A program made the translations under genes and the position numbers. The notes beneath the pieces were generated by a model that had not been told where the DNA came from, searched no databases, and saw nothing but the letters and a program-made list of their open reading frames with translations. Positions 1-10,199 of a DNA stretch of 64,000 nucleotides are shown here, one piece after another. This stretch comes from a virus. The stretch is taken from the IMG/VR virus record IMGVR_UViG_3300030004_000003, positions 2,893-66,892 of that record; one strand, given 5' to 3'. Each line of letters starts with the position of its first letter. Position 1 is the first letter of the stretch.

Positions 1-466
1 CGCCAAAGAGCCGCTTTTCCGGGGGGCATGGTATGTCTCGGGTGGCATTATTGGTCAGGGATCCAAGGCCATGATCACCGTCTGGATTGATCGCGGGTAT
101 GTGAACGGATTGCAGCCAATGATTGGAAAGATCCTTATGAGTGGCGATGCGCAGAGTCCTCCTCCAGCCATCACTGTTCCTGCTAAATTCGATGCGGAGG
201 GGAGGGCTTGGGTGGGAATCCTCATTAACATTGATCCTGCCACGGGGAATCTGAGGAATACGACACAGGCCAAACTGACGGAAAACGATCTCACAATTTC
301 CATTCAGACAACAACGATCATTCCTTCGGCGAATGGCTCTATCTTCTTTCATCCTATTGCAGTCATCAGGAAAAATCTTTCACCGATCCAGATCGCCTAT
401 TTTGATTATCAGTGGGGGACTGTTCAGCAACACGGGATCTGGCGTCATTTTTTAATTCCAAGCTAA
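1..466 (+). CDS. Virion tail-region protein (probably 5'-truncated by window edge)
   Basis: ORF 71..466 in a tight operon with downstream tail genes. Confidence 0.55.
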   Translation, partial: AKEPLFRGAWYVSGGIIGQGSKAMITVWIDRGYVNGLQPMIGKILMSGDAQSPPPAITVPAKFDAEGRAWVGILINIDPATGNLRNTTQAKLTENDLTISIQTTTIIPSANGSIFFHPIAVIRKNLSPIQIAYFDYQWGTVQQHGIWRHFLIPS

Positions 467-473
467 CGCCGCG

Positions 474-1388
474 ATGAATCTGCTGCGCAATCAAAGCGGT
501 GGCTCGGAGGTCTATTACCAGCCTCGCCAAAATCATGACCAGGCGCATCCATGGTCGGTAAGCATGAAATACAACTCGGGTTGGCAGGCAGTCATCACCC
601 CGGGATTTGTCGATGGATCTGATCCTTATTATGCGCCGCTCTCGGCGGGATTGTGCGCCGAGCCAAACATTTCCCTTTCTGAAACTCAGGATGTAACTTC
701 CATCCCTCCCTTCTTTGTAAATTTTGGAGCAGTGCCTCCTGCGCAGGATGCCTCCCTTCAGGCTGATGCCAACGGCAATTTGGCCCTGCTTGTGAATCAG
801 CAAGCGGCCTCCGGGTGCTGTTCTGGCGGGGTTGGTCGGCTCTTAAAAAGCTGTGATATTTGGGTTGTTATCGCGCGCGCCTCCTATGCTGTGGCCGTGG
901 ATATGCCTGCTGATCTGGTGGTCGGCAATTTAGTGGACTACACAGTAACTTACAATACACAGACCTTGAGCCACTACGGCTCTCGCCCTCGACTGCAGAC
1001 GGGACCTTCGATGCCATCCACTTCGTCGGCCACCCTTGCTGAACGGCTTGCTGGAGATTACAGCGATGATGGTCAGGACTATATGTTGGTTGCCACGGTT
1101 TATTTCCTTTCCCGCACCCAGGATAATCCTGACTTCAGTGCCAAGCTCGACGAGACATGGCTCCCGTATGTGCAGAATGCCTGTTTTTGGAATGTCTCCT
1201 ACCGTGCCGCAAATATCCCTCCGGTGACGCTTCAGCAGAACTCGATTAGCCCCTTCCTGGCTTGGTATATCGGCCAATATACGCTGGCGGGTCAGGATGT
1301 GCTCGGGGCCATGTCTGCCGCTGAACAGAATATCTATAACTCGGTCTTCAACGCCAATGCCACCATGGGCACCTTTTACACCGCATGA
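474..1388 (+). CDS. Putative tail structural protein
   Basis: 304-aa ORF, ATGA-coupled to next gene, tail module context. Confidence 0.55.
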   Translation: MNLLRNQSGGSEVYYQPRQNHDQAHPWSVSMKYNSGWQAVITPGFVDGSDPYYAPLSAGLCAEPNISLSETQDVTSIPPFFVNFGAVPPAQDASLQADANGNLALLVNQQAASGCCSGGVGRLLKSCDIWVVIARASYAVAVDMPADLVVGNLVDYTVTYNTQTLSHYGSRPRLQTGPSMPSTSSATLAERLAGDYSDDGQDYMLVATVYFLSRTQDNPDFSAKLDETWLPYVQNACFWNVSYRAANIPPVTLQQNSISPFLAWYIGQYTLAGQDVLGAMSAAEQNIYNSVFNANATMGTFYTA

Positions 1389-1702
1389 GCACTCCAACGG
1401 CGAAAACCGATTCTTATGGGCTCAATAAGCTGTCCCGATTGCAGGGTGAGGATGCGGCAGCGCGTGCAGCGGCGGCCGCGACAGTGCTGGAGCCTGATTT
1501 TCCTTATACCGCTCTCTCGATTGGCCTTCCTTTTTGGCAGCAATGTTTGACTGTGGGCCCGCTTGGTTTTTCTTCAGTAAGTTCTGGATCAGCCGGATCT
1601 GGCGGATCGGCGTCAGGATCGAGTGATTTGGGTGATTTGTCGGGAGGGTTTGTGGGCGGAGGAGGATCTTCCGGCGGGGGTGGGGCTGGCGGAGATTTTT
1701 AA
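1385..1702 (+). CDS. Small tail-region protein with Gly/Ser-rich C-terminus
   Basis: 105-aa ORF coupled to the previous gene. Confidence 0.5.
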   Translation: MSTPTAKTDSYGLNKLSRLQGEDAAARAAAAATVLEPDFPYTALSIGLPFWQQCLTVGPLGFSSVSSGSAGSGGSASGSSDLGDLSGGFVGGGGSSGGGGAGGDF

Positions 1703-1723
1703 GTTGACTGATGGCCGCAGGGT

Positions 1724-3946
1724 ATGGCGGTTAATTCCCTGATCTATTGTGATCTCTATCGTGGTGTGGCGTGCAAAAGTTCTGCTGCCGACACGATGAC
1801 GTTTCCTACTTTCGTGGCGGGTGGAAAGATCACCTATGGTCTGCGCTTTCTGGAGTACCAAGGCAGTTATTTTACAGTCGATCAGACTCTTGCGTCGCTT
1901 CGAGTGGCGATGGGTTTGGTGGATGCTCGCCCGGCAACAGGAACCTATCAGTTGCAGGCGGCGTCGGGCATCTCCACAGCCGCCAATACCACGGCCATTT
2001 TACAGTGGAATGCCGTCGCGACGGAAATCACGACGGCATTGAATGCCCTCTCCATTGCCACCGGAAATCCATTCGTTGTCACGGATGTGCCTGGCGGCTA
2101 TGTCGTGAATCGAACAGATGGGAGCGCTATCTCCCTGTCTGTTATTTCCAATACGATGCGTCCCGTTTCTTTCGGACAGATCGAGGCTGCTCAAATCGGG
2201 ACTGTGTGGCAATATGAGGTGAGGCTCTGTCAGGCTCCTCTTGCCTTTACGAATACGGCCGCTCGCGTTGTCCCTCCCGCTCCGGTTATCACGGAGATCC
2301 AGGCAGGTGGGGCCAGTATGGATGGTGTGACGAAGTGGAATGAAATCCAGTCCCTGTCGATTCTCCCATCCTTCCTGGGGACGTACCAACTCAGTCTCGG
2401 CCTTGCAAAGACCGAGTTGCTCGATGTCACTGATGGTGCTTCGCAGCTTCAGGATGCCTTGAACACGATGCTGGCACCTCAAGGTGCCTTCGTCACTGTG
2501 ACCAATCCGACGACGAATGTTGCCAACATTGAGTTTGGTGGATCTCTTGCGGGAATGGGCGTTGGGCTTTTGCAGGTGTCGGTTTATTCGGCTCCTCCCG
2601 GTGATTGGACGTTCTCGCTCGATCTTGGCACCTATGAAATGCTCACCGCTCTTTGGGCGGCCGGTGAAAGTCTGCAACTGGCCTTTGAGGCCGAGGCCGA
2701 TATTTACCTTGATCCTACTGATTTCTCGGCTGGAACCGAGACGGTTAAGCTTTGGAGCACCACGGTTGCTGTAGCCCCGCCGCTCATTACTCCAAATCTG
2801 GAGTCTGTTCCTGAAATCGACTGGGTGCGGCCACCGGCGGATACCTATATTCCTGGCACGACAGATCAGATTCTTATCGGCAATCAAGAGGCTGTTTTGA
2901 TTCCTACTATTGGAGATGGAGTTTCCGATCATTTCCCGATTACTCACAATCTCAATTCTGTCGTTCCTACGGTCAAGGTGCGTCAGACGGCCGCTGGAGG
3001 CAAGCTGCTGAGCGATGAGGCATACACTGTGAATTATGACAGTGTAAATGCGCTCACTATTTATGGTTTGGAATCGTTGATAACGCCCGGCTCGCCTCCG
3101 GCCGTTGATGAGTACACGGTGCTCATTGAGGCTACCGGGCCCGCCTCGGTGTTTCAGACTCATACGCACACCATCGCGCAGATCGTCGGATTGCAGACGC
3201 TTCTCGATGGGTACGACTCCGCCATTTCTGCCTTACAATCCATCCTGCCCACGATCTCAGGCGCAGGAACAACGACGAGCGCCACGGGCATTCCGATTCC
3301 TCTCACTCTGAAGAGTGAGATCCTTGGTTGGCCAGCCTCCGCTGTGGTTCCGGCCGCATCCGCCACGACTGGTTACTCAAGCAGTCAGATGCTCAATAGG
3401 CCGCCGTCTCTCCTTCCTGTTGGATCAGGTGGCATCAACACAGATCGGGAATTATGGCGTGTGGCGATGAATCCGCAGCTTCTGGCGCTGGGTCGGACGC
3501 TACAAATTGACTGGGGTGTTGCCCTCCAGGTGCTTCGTCCAAACTGCGGGATGGAGTATCAGCTTGTGGTGGAGATCGGCACTTATGCGAGTGCTGGCAG
3601 TATGCTGAACATTACTTGGGAGAGCGGGCCTGTCTTCTCACAGCCAATCGTTCTTACCGAGGAGCTGACGGTTCATAGTTTTGGTATCACGATTCCGCGC
3701 GGCATTGTCGGATCTACGGATACACTGCAACTCACGCAACAGCTTTATGGTATTTCCTCTGGGAATAATACTGCTGCACCCACGAGCGCTTCCTTTGCTA
3801 TTCGCTGCCGTCTTATCGGATTGGAAACGGAGCCTTCAAGTGTGCAGCCAGACCCTCGCGGTTGGATCTACCTTGCCGTCGTTCCGAGTCTGACGGCAGC
3901 CACGGGAGTGACGATTGCTCAAGCCCTGGTCGCCACCCCGGCATAG
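1724..3946 (+). CDS. Tail tip/baseplate-like structural protein
   Basis: 740 aa, Thr/Ala/beta-rich, HTHTIAQIVGLQ tail-fibre-type motif, preceded by TTGAC at -20. Confidence 0.6.
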   Translation: MAVNSLIYCDLYRGVACKSSAADTMTFPTFVAGGKITYGLRFLEYQGSYFTVDQTLASLRVAMGLVDARPATGTYQLQAASGISTAANTTAILQWNAVATEITTALNALSIATGNPFVVTDVPGGYVVNRTDGSAISLSVISNTMRPVSFGQIEAAQIGTVWQYEVRLCQAPLAFTNTAARVVPPAPVITEIQAGGASMDGVTKWNEIQSLSILPSFLGTYQLSLGLAKTELLDVTDGASQLQDALNTMLAPQGAFVTVTNPTTNVANIEFGGSLAGMGVGLLQVSVYSAPPGDWTFSLDLGTYEMLTALWAAGESLQLAFEAEADIYLDPTDFSAGTETVKLWSTTVAVAPPLITPNLESVPEIDWVRPPADTYIPGTTDQILIGNQEAVLIPTIGDGVSDHFPITHNLNSVVPTVKVRQTAAGGKLLSDEAYTVNYDSVNALTIYGLESLITPGSPPAVDEYTVLIEATGPASVFQTHTHTIAQIVGLQTLLDGYDSAISALQSILPTISGAGTTTSATGIPIPLTLKSEILGWPASAVVPAASATTGYSSSQMLNRPPSLLPVGSGGINTDRELWRVAMNPQLLALGRTLQIDWGVALQVLRPNCGMEYQLVVEIGTYASAGSMLNITWESGPVFSQPIVLTEELTVHSFGITIPRGIVGSTDTLQLTQQLYGISSGNNTAAPTSASFAIRCRLIGLETEPSSVQPDPRGWIYLAVVPSLTAATGVTIAQALVATPA

Positions 3947-3947
3947 G

Positions 3948-5246
3948 ATGAACATTACCTCATCAAATGTGGTTGCCGGAACGGTTGGTGTGCCCCTTTC
4001 GTTTAATCTAACAGCGGTCACCACGTTCTCGGGGGAAACCTTTGAGGGGTGGAGTTTAACCAATTCCACAAACCCTCCTCCTTTTGACGGTGGAACCTTG
4101 GCAGTGGGGTCTGTGGCCGGGTTGCCCGCAGGGCTGTCATTTAATCACTCCACCGGCCTCCTTTCTGGAACTCCCACAAGCATTGGCGTTACTGCCTTGC
4201 ATCAGTGGGCTTATGGCATCGAATCGGGCGGCACGAGTGGGGCGGGAACGGTATTGACAATAACTATCAATGGCGTAGCGCAAACGATCTCATCCTTTTC
4301 TGTTCCAAATAAAAACTATGGTACGGGATGGAGTGGTAACTCTTTTGCTGTTACCACTCCAGCCGCATCTTCAGGTCTGACATCTGTCCTATCGGTGCTC
4401 TCTGGTCCTGCTACGATCTCTGGCACTACCGTCACGGTCACGGGACCCGGAACCGTGGTGCTCGCTGCTAATCAGCCGGGAAATTCCACCTATGCCGCCG
4501 CCCCGCAAGTTACAGCCAGCTTTACGGTTGTCACGGCCTCAATCTCTCTTTCAAATCTCACGCAAACAACGACTGGCTCACCGCTTCCAGTAACAGTAAC
4601 CACCACTCCTCCAGGACTTGCCCATACGGTTACCTATACGGGAACTGGTTCGACTGTTTACGCAACCTCATCAACTCCCCCATCCGCCGCAGGCACCTAC
4701 GCCGTCGTGGCGACCATCACTGACGGTTCCGCCCCGAGCATTGCCACCGCATCGACTGCATATACCATCATCTTGGCAATCACGGGCACCGCTCTGGTTA
4801 TTCCAGCGTCGGTGATCAACATTGTCATGAGTACGCTCGCCGCCACGATTAGTCCCGCACCACTTGCGGCCGTCTATGGAGATGATTTCTTTCTTATTGT
4901 GAGATTTTTCGATGATTCCTCCACATCGCTCCAGCCTGTTTCAACTGCGCTTAGTCTCTCGCTAAGCGAGTTTCCGGGTGGTGAAATCCTGGCCGTCTCG
5001 GATTCCTGGTCGCTGGGTGTTGATACGTCTGGAGCTTCTTTCTATATCCTTCATGTTCCGCTTGCGGGCACCCCTCTTCTGGAGGCGCTCGCGGATGCCG
5101 CCAAAACTCCGCCTGGCAAGAGCGCCATGATTGCGCAACTGGCATGGACGCAGATCAATCCGTACCATTCATTATCAGTAGGACCCGCCACTATTTATCA
5201 GTCATTGCCGCCGATTGAATTTGATCTCTATCCCGCGCTCTTATGA
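3948..5246 (+). CDS. Ig-like domain virion protein (He_PIG/MBG-like repeats)
   Basis: GLPAGLSFNHSTGLLSGTPT and PPSAAGTYAVVATI motifs; start placed at ATG 3948. Confidence 0.65.
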   Translation: MNITSSNVVAGTVGVPLSFNLTAVTTFSGETFEGWSLTNSTNPPPFDGGTLAVGSVAGLPAGLSFNHSTGLLSGTPTSIGVTALHQWAYGIESGGTSGAGTVLTITINGVAQTISSFSVPNKNYGTGWSGNSFAVTTPAASSGLTSVLSVLSGPATISGTTVTVTGPGTVVLAANQPGNSTYAAAPQVTASFTVVTASISLSNLTQTTTGSPLPVTVTTTPPGLAHTVTYTGTGSTVYATSSTPPSAAGTYAVVATITDGSAPSIATASTAYTIILAITGTALVIPASVINIVMSTLAATISPAPLAAVYGDDFFLIVRFFDDSSTSLQPVSTALSLSLSEFPGGEILAVSDSWSLGVDTSGASFYILHVPLAGTPLLEALADAAKTPPGKSAMIAQLAWTQINPYHSLSVGPATIYQSLPPIEFDLYPALL

Positions 5247-5692
5247 TCTCCGGTCCTCGCCTCCAGTTTGATTTTGTTGCTCGCGGCGTTACTTGCCCGG
5301 CCTCGATCGTTGCTCCGACCTCTGGGGACCTTTTTGTTTTTCTGGTTTTTACGGGCGTTGATGACTCTGGCGCTCCGATTAATCCTAATCCAACGATTTC
5401 CAGTCCATCACTTGTACTCAAAGAGTATGTCACGGGTTATCCCGTGGCTTCCTCGGACTCTTGCGCGTATGTGACGGGATCGTATGTTGCGGGAGTATCA
5501 CCCGCTCAATGGGTGTTCCATGTACCCATGACCGGTGCAACTCTTGCAGCAGCCCTTAAAGACGCCGCAATCGCCGCTCTGATTGGCGAGATTGAGTTCA
5601 CGATGAACAACCCTTTTTCAACCCATCTGGGTGGTTCTACACTTATTACGAGAAGCCTTCCATTTTCCTTCGAGTATAGTCTGACCTACTAA
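5243..5692 (+). CDS. Tail protein resembling the C-terminal domain of the preceding gene
   Basis: Shared pattern: YGDDFFLIVRF..LHVPLAG vs SGDLFVFLVF..FHVPMTG. Confidence 0.5.
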   Translation: MISGPRLQFDFVARGVTCPASIVAPTSGDLFVFLVFTGVDDSGAPINPNPTISSPSLVLKEYVTGYPVASSDSCAYVTGSYVAGVSPAQWVFHVPMTGATLAAALKDAAIAALIGEIEFTMNNPFSTHLGGSTLITRSLPFSFEYSLTY

Positions 5693-5722
5693 TTGGCATG
5701 AGTTGACGGGTGGCGAATGGTT

Positions 5723-8700
5723 GTGATCCTTACCGTTGATCTTGACTCTTTGGCGCTTTCCGCATCTTCGGTGCCTGTTTTAATAGCGGGAAAGGTCAAT
5801 CCCATCTCGATTCGGTTTGTTAGGCACGGAAGATTTCAACAACTACCGGATGGTACGCCGGGGAATGTTTCCCTCACTCGTGGAGGAGTTCTTATTGCGG
5901 GTGGGCTTTCTTACTCCTGGGTAAAAAGCGAAGTTGGCACGACTGCCATCTACACTGTCACATTAGATTGTAACACCACGGAGATTGCGGCCATTTCATG
6001 GGGTTCCTCTCCTTCGTTTCCTTGTTTGCTAACGGTTGATTGGACTGTCGGTGACGCTCCCTTTGAAAGTCAACCACTGCTGCTCAATCTCCTTGCTTCA
6101 AATTTTGAGGGCGATGAATCTGCTCCAACTGCTCTACCGTCCCTAAAGGCGGATGTCTCGGCTGAGTGGGATCCCACTGATAATGTTTATTGGATTACCC
6201 AAGAGAAGGCTCAACAGGGAATTCGCCTAGCCGCCAACGCTCTCTTGCTCCGAGTCAGTGGCGGCTACATTCAGTGGCAGCACGCCGGTGATGCTTCCTG
6301 GAATGATCTTATTGCTGTTTCTTCCTTGGTGGGTGCGCCGGGATCAACCGGAGAGGATGGCACCAATGGCACAAACGGAACCAATGGTTTGTCCGTTAAT
6401 CTTCAGGTCAGCGACGGCTGCATTCAATGGCAACACCCGGGAGATGCCTTCTGGAACAACCTTATTGAAGTTTCCTCTCTTGTTGGTGCAACCGGCCCCG
6501 CTGGTTCTTACAACCAGTCCCTCAACACGACTGATCCCTGTAGCTTTGTCTCGGGTACATTCGGAGGTATTCGAGTCAACACCACATCAAATGCGGATCA
6601 TCCTCTGGTGTGGGACATGGGTGGAAGTGGCGAGCTTTCTATAAATATAGGGGGCACAAAACGAGCCGCTTTGTCTTTCGATGACGCATTCGGACAAGTG
6701 AACTACTACAACGCTACGTCACTTGCATTAATGGCGCTGACGGACAGCGGAGAAGTTCTGCTAGGCCCCTACTATGGCAATAAAGTGATGGTGGATGGGT
6801 CTTCCACTCTTTCTGGTGGATCGTGGTCTATCCTTAATAGTGGCGTTGCAACCTTCATAGAAGGCTCTTTTGCCTATGGCTTGACTTACCTGTACAATGA
6901 TGGCTCTGCCGACATTGCTGGGGGCGCAGCCCACATTGGATCTGATGGTTCTGCCCTCTTTACCTCGATCACCCTTCCTAATGCTACGGCGATCAAGATA
7001 GGGGCTTTTGATAACGGAACAGGTGGAGCTAACGGCCTCGGATTGATATGTTCGGTTGGATACGAACTCAACTGGCAGGGTGGAAGGCTTCGTTCCATAT
7101 ATCAGGGAGACAGCACAGGTACTCCTCAGATGCTCTTCCTTGACTCCCCGTTGTCGATTGGAGTTCAAGGGGACTACCCTGCTTTCATTTTCAACTTGGA
7201 TGGCTCGGCCTCCCTATCAAATAGTCTCCTGACTTTCGGTGCTGATGGCTCCGTAGATGCCGCAGACGGACAGGCCACTATTGACGCTTACGGCAATGGT
7301 CTTTTCCGAAGCATGGGATTCCTTGGAGGCGGTAGCAACGCCCTCTATGACGATGGTGGTCTGCAATATGGCTCTCAAGCTGTGGCGATGGTCGGATCAA
7401 ATGTTTCCAACTTTGTAAATGACATGGGGTATATTACCAGTTGGGGGTATGACCAATCGTTGAATACAGGGGATTCTCCCTCATTCGATAGACTAACCCT
7501 AAACGGTTCCTTAAATATCTATGCAGGGGGTATTGCTATTGGATGGTCTGGCTATGATCACTACGCAGAAATCGACGGCTCTGATGGTTCAGCGTACTTC
7601 GCCCACAACAATTTCCTTATTGATGCCTCTGGAAACTTTGGCTCCTATGGTGGCCTTAGCTGGATCACAGCGGCGGGAAGCGCGGGGTTCGGTGCTGGTC
7701 TAGGTGTTGGCTTTGGGGGTAGTCAGGGTAATGAGGAGATTGGTTGGCAGTATAATGCAGCAATCCTGACGGATGGGTCGGCTCAGTTTGCCAATAATGT
7801 AGCAGGGGTCACGGCTGCGGGGCATCTCTACGGCGCAAACTTCTATTCGATGAATCAGGCAGTGGGAACAACCTCCTCTCCCACTTTTGCAGGAGTCTAT
7901 TTAAGTGGAGGAAGTGAGCTTCATGATTCCAGTGGGCTAAAGTACGGAAGCTCCACGGTTGCAATGCAGGGTATTGGAGTTAGTCATTTTTCTAATGACG
8001 CTGGTTATCTCACTACTGAATATAACTATTTCAATCAACTTCTCAATACAGGAAGCTCTCCAACTTTCGCTGGACTGACTGTCGGAGAGTTTACTGTTGA
8101 TGCTTATGGTAACTTAACCTTGGGTACTGGCGGGTTGACACATCTCAATGCTGATGGATCAGCATTGTTTTCTAACAACTCAATCCTTATGGAGGCTGAT
8201 GGAAACCTATACACTGGTCAGAATCATTCGGGACCATTGAGTAGCCCCGCATTCATTAATCTGGGGAACAGTTATAACTCTGGAACCAGTGCACTAGGAA
8301 GTAAGCTATTCTTCTATACGAATGGAACTGTTGGTAGTACTTTTGCGATAGGTGTTGGCCCAACGAGTGACATGCAGTATCACGCAGGATCATCGGGAAA
8401 GCATGATTTCTACTCTGACGGTACTCTCGTAGGTGAGTTCAGCATTTATGGCCTTAGTGTAGTAGGCAATACCCTTCATACAGATGGTTCAGCTTCATTT
8501 GCTAATGGTTGTGCCACAGTAGACATGGGAGGCAATGCTTCCTTTGCGGGCGGGATGGTGATCGCCAGTTATGATGATGGAGTCAATGTTGGAGATGGTG
8601 CAGCGCAGATGCTGCCCTCTGGGTCGGTTTGCGGAAATGAGTTCCACACCAACAGTGGCAATATCCAACTGAATAACAATGGATCGGCCCTTTTCTCAGG

Positions 8701-9385
8701 TGGTCAAACCCGCATGCAATCTGATGGTGGATTTTTAATTGGAAGTTATGGGATCTACGATGGGGATGCTCTCATCTACCTCAAGCCCGATGGTTCAGCG
8801 TGGTTTGCTAATAATGCCTTTAACATAGGAACTGATGGTACAGTTCAAATACAGTACGATGCCATCAGCTTGAACGGTTCGGATGGGTCAGCGTGGTTTG
8901 TAGGAGGAGGCATAGTAATCGGAAACGTTGTACCGCCCGATGATGACATTACGGTGACCAATGGCATCCAGCTTGGTAGTAGTTACATCTATGATGATGG
9001 TGGTTATCTACACCTCTACAGTGGTGCAGGATCGCAAGTATCAATGTCAGGCGGGGTTCTTTGGGGATCAAGTTACGCAGGGGCGCTAAATCCCGATGGG
9101 AGCGTAATAGTAGATATTGGAGGTAATGGAACTCTTGGCCGTTCTGGTATCGGATCTTTTATATGGGCAGGACTACCTGGAGATGAGGCAGGCTCCTTGA
9201 ACACCGATGGGTCTGCTTCATTTGCAGGAGGACAATCTTTTATCGGGAATGACGGAGGCGCGGGGTTTGGCAATCTACAGATATTCTGGGATGGCTCGGT
9301 TAACCTTGGGGGTGGATCGTCTGGAGTAGGTGCTCTCACTTCCGATGGCACCCACCTCTACTGGATGGGGACCATGATCATCTAA
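5723..9385 (+). CDS. Long tail fibre / receptor-binding protein
   Basis: ~1220 aa Gly-rich; collagen-like GxY stretch; duplicated IQWQH..W.DLI.VSSLVG module; many DGSAxF repeats. Start is ATG 5717 or GTG 5723. Confidence 0.75.
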   Translation: MILTVDLDSLALSASSVPVLIAGKVNPISIRFVRHGRFQQLPDGTPGNVSLTRGGVLIAGGLSYSWVKSEVGTTAIYTVTLDCNTTEIAAISWGSSPSFPCLLTVDWTVGDAPFESQPLLLNLLASNFEGDESAPTALPSLKADVSAEWDPTDNVYWITQEKAQQGIRLAANALLLRVSGGYIQWQHAGDASWNDLIAVSSLVGAPGSTGEDGTNGTNGTNGLSVNLQVSDGCIQWQHPGDAFWNNLIEVSSLVGATGPAGSYNQSLNTTDPCSFVSGTFGGIRVNTTSNADHPLVWDMGGSGELSINIGGTKRAALSFDDAFGQVNYYNATSLALMALTDSGEVLLGPYYGNKVMVDGSSTLSGGSWSILNSGVATFIEGSFAYGLTYLYNDGSADIAGGAAHIGSDGSALFTSITLPNATAIKIGAFDNGTGGANGLGLICSVGYELNWQGGRLRSIYQGDSTGTPQMLFLDSPLSIGVQGDYPAFIFNLDGSASLSNSLLTFGADGSVDAADGQATIDAYGNGLFRSMGFLGGGSNALYDDGGLQYGSQAVAMVGSNVSNFVNDMGYITSWGYDQSLNTGDSPSFDRLTLNGSLNIYAGGIAIGWSGYDHYAEIDGSDGSAYFAHNNFLIDASGNFGSYGGLSWITAAGSAGFGAGLGVGFGGSQGNEEIGWQYNAAILTDGSAQFANNVAGVTAAGHLYGANFYSMNQAVGTTSSPTFAGVYLSGGSELHDSSGLKYGSSTVAMQGIGVSHFSNDAGYLTTEYNYFNQLLNTGSSPTFAGLTVGEFTVDAYGNLTLGTGGLTHLNADGSALFSNNSILMEADGNLYTGQNHSGPLSSPAFINLGNSYNSGTSALGSKLFFYTNGTVGSTFAIGVGPTSDMQYHAGSSGKHDFYSDGTLVGEFSIYGLSVVGNTLHTDGSASFANGCATVDMGGNASFAGGMVIASYDDGVNVGDGAAQMLPSGSVCGNEFHTNSGNIQLNNNGSALFSGGQTRMQSDGGFLIGSYGIYDGDALIYLKPDGSAWFANNAFNIGTDGTVQIQYDAISLNGSDGSAWFVGGGIVIGNVVPPDDDITVTNGIQLGSSYIYDDGGYLHLYSGAGSQVSMSGGVLWGSSYAGALNPDGSVIVDIGGNGTLGRSGIGSFIWAGLPGDEAGSLNTDGSASFAGGQSFIGNDGGAGFGNLQIFWDGSVNLGGGSSGVGALTSDGTHLYWMGTMII

Positions 9386-9512
9386 TTTCAATGAAACTTT
9401 CGCTGAATAAATCAACTCGACGCTCCCTGCTGCGCAGCAACGGAATGAAGAGAAATCTACCTCAGCGTAAAAAAACAGAAGGACAACTGTAAATCGCTCC
9501 AAAAACAAAGTT

Positions 9513-9821
9513 ATGGCTATTCAAATCCCATCCGCTACCAGGGCGGCAACCGTGGCAAACAACGTCGCCAGAGATGTCAGCAATGTTGCGACCCAGATCA
9601 ACGGCTACCTAACCAATGGTCAGGCCGCAAACCCACAGCAAAACATCCCTGGTGTTGCTGCCGCCGACATTATTCTGGCACTTGGAGGTGCAGGTAGCGC
9701 CGGTGTTCTGCAGCTTCAGCTTATTGTTGCTGTTGTGAACGCCTCTGATGCAACGCTGCTTGCCGCTGCGCTCGCTGCTGTGACTCCTGCCCCCACACCA
9801 ACTCCAACACCAGCGGCCTAA
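9513..9821 (+). CDS. Small Ala-rich protein with PT-repeat tail
   Basis: 102-aa ORF after an A-rich leader. Confidence 0.55.
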   Translation: MAIQIPSATRAATVANNVARDVSNVATQINGYLTNGQAANPQQNIPGVAAADIILALGGAGSAGVLQLQLIVAVVNASDATLLAAALAAVTPAPTPTPTPAA

Positions 9822-9849
9822 ACCACCTTGATTTCCTGAGCCGTCAGAA

Positions 9850-10140
9850 ATGGCGGCTCAGGATCAAACAAATCCGACTATGAGCGAAGAAACCAAAATC
9901 ATCAAAGAAAACGAACCGGTATTGCAAACGCTTGCTGCCATTCTTTCTCTGATTCGTTGGCTCGGCGGCGGCTCGCTTATAGCGCTCGTGAGCGTCGGAG
10001 TGATCCTGATTTCGGATCATTACGACCATCTTCGTGTAGCAAAAGAGGCGGACTGGATCTACCCGCGCTTCTCGGAAGTTTGGTACGGACAGGGATATTC
10101 CAAGTCCGACACGAAGGACAAAAATCAGGACAGTCAATAA
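9850..10140 (+). CDS. Single-TM membrane protein, lysis cassette (holin/antiholin-like)
   Basis: One hydrophobic segment, upstream of endolysin. Confidence 0.45.
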   Translation: MAAQDQTNPTMSEETKIIKENEPVLQTLAAILSLIRWLGGGSLIALVSVGVILISDHYDHLRVAKEADWIYPRFSEVWYGQGYSKSDTKDKNQDSQ

Positions 10141-10199
10141 TTGAGGCCATCAGGCCCAAACTTTAGATGACAAGCGGTGCAAGTTTGAACACTTCCACC

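Noticed and set aside
5723-9385. Diversity-generating retroelement or invertible tail cassette
   Set aside because: No reverse transcriptase, no adenine-variant repeat pair and no invertase seen
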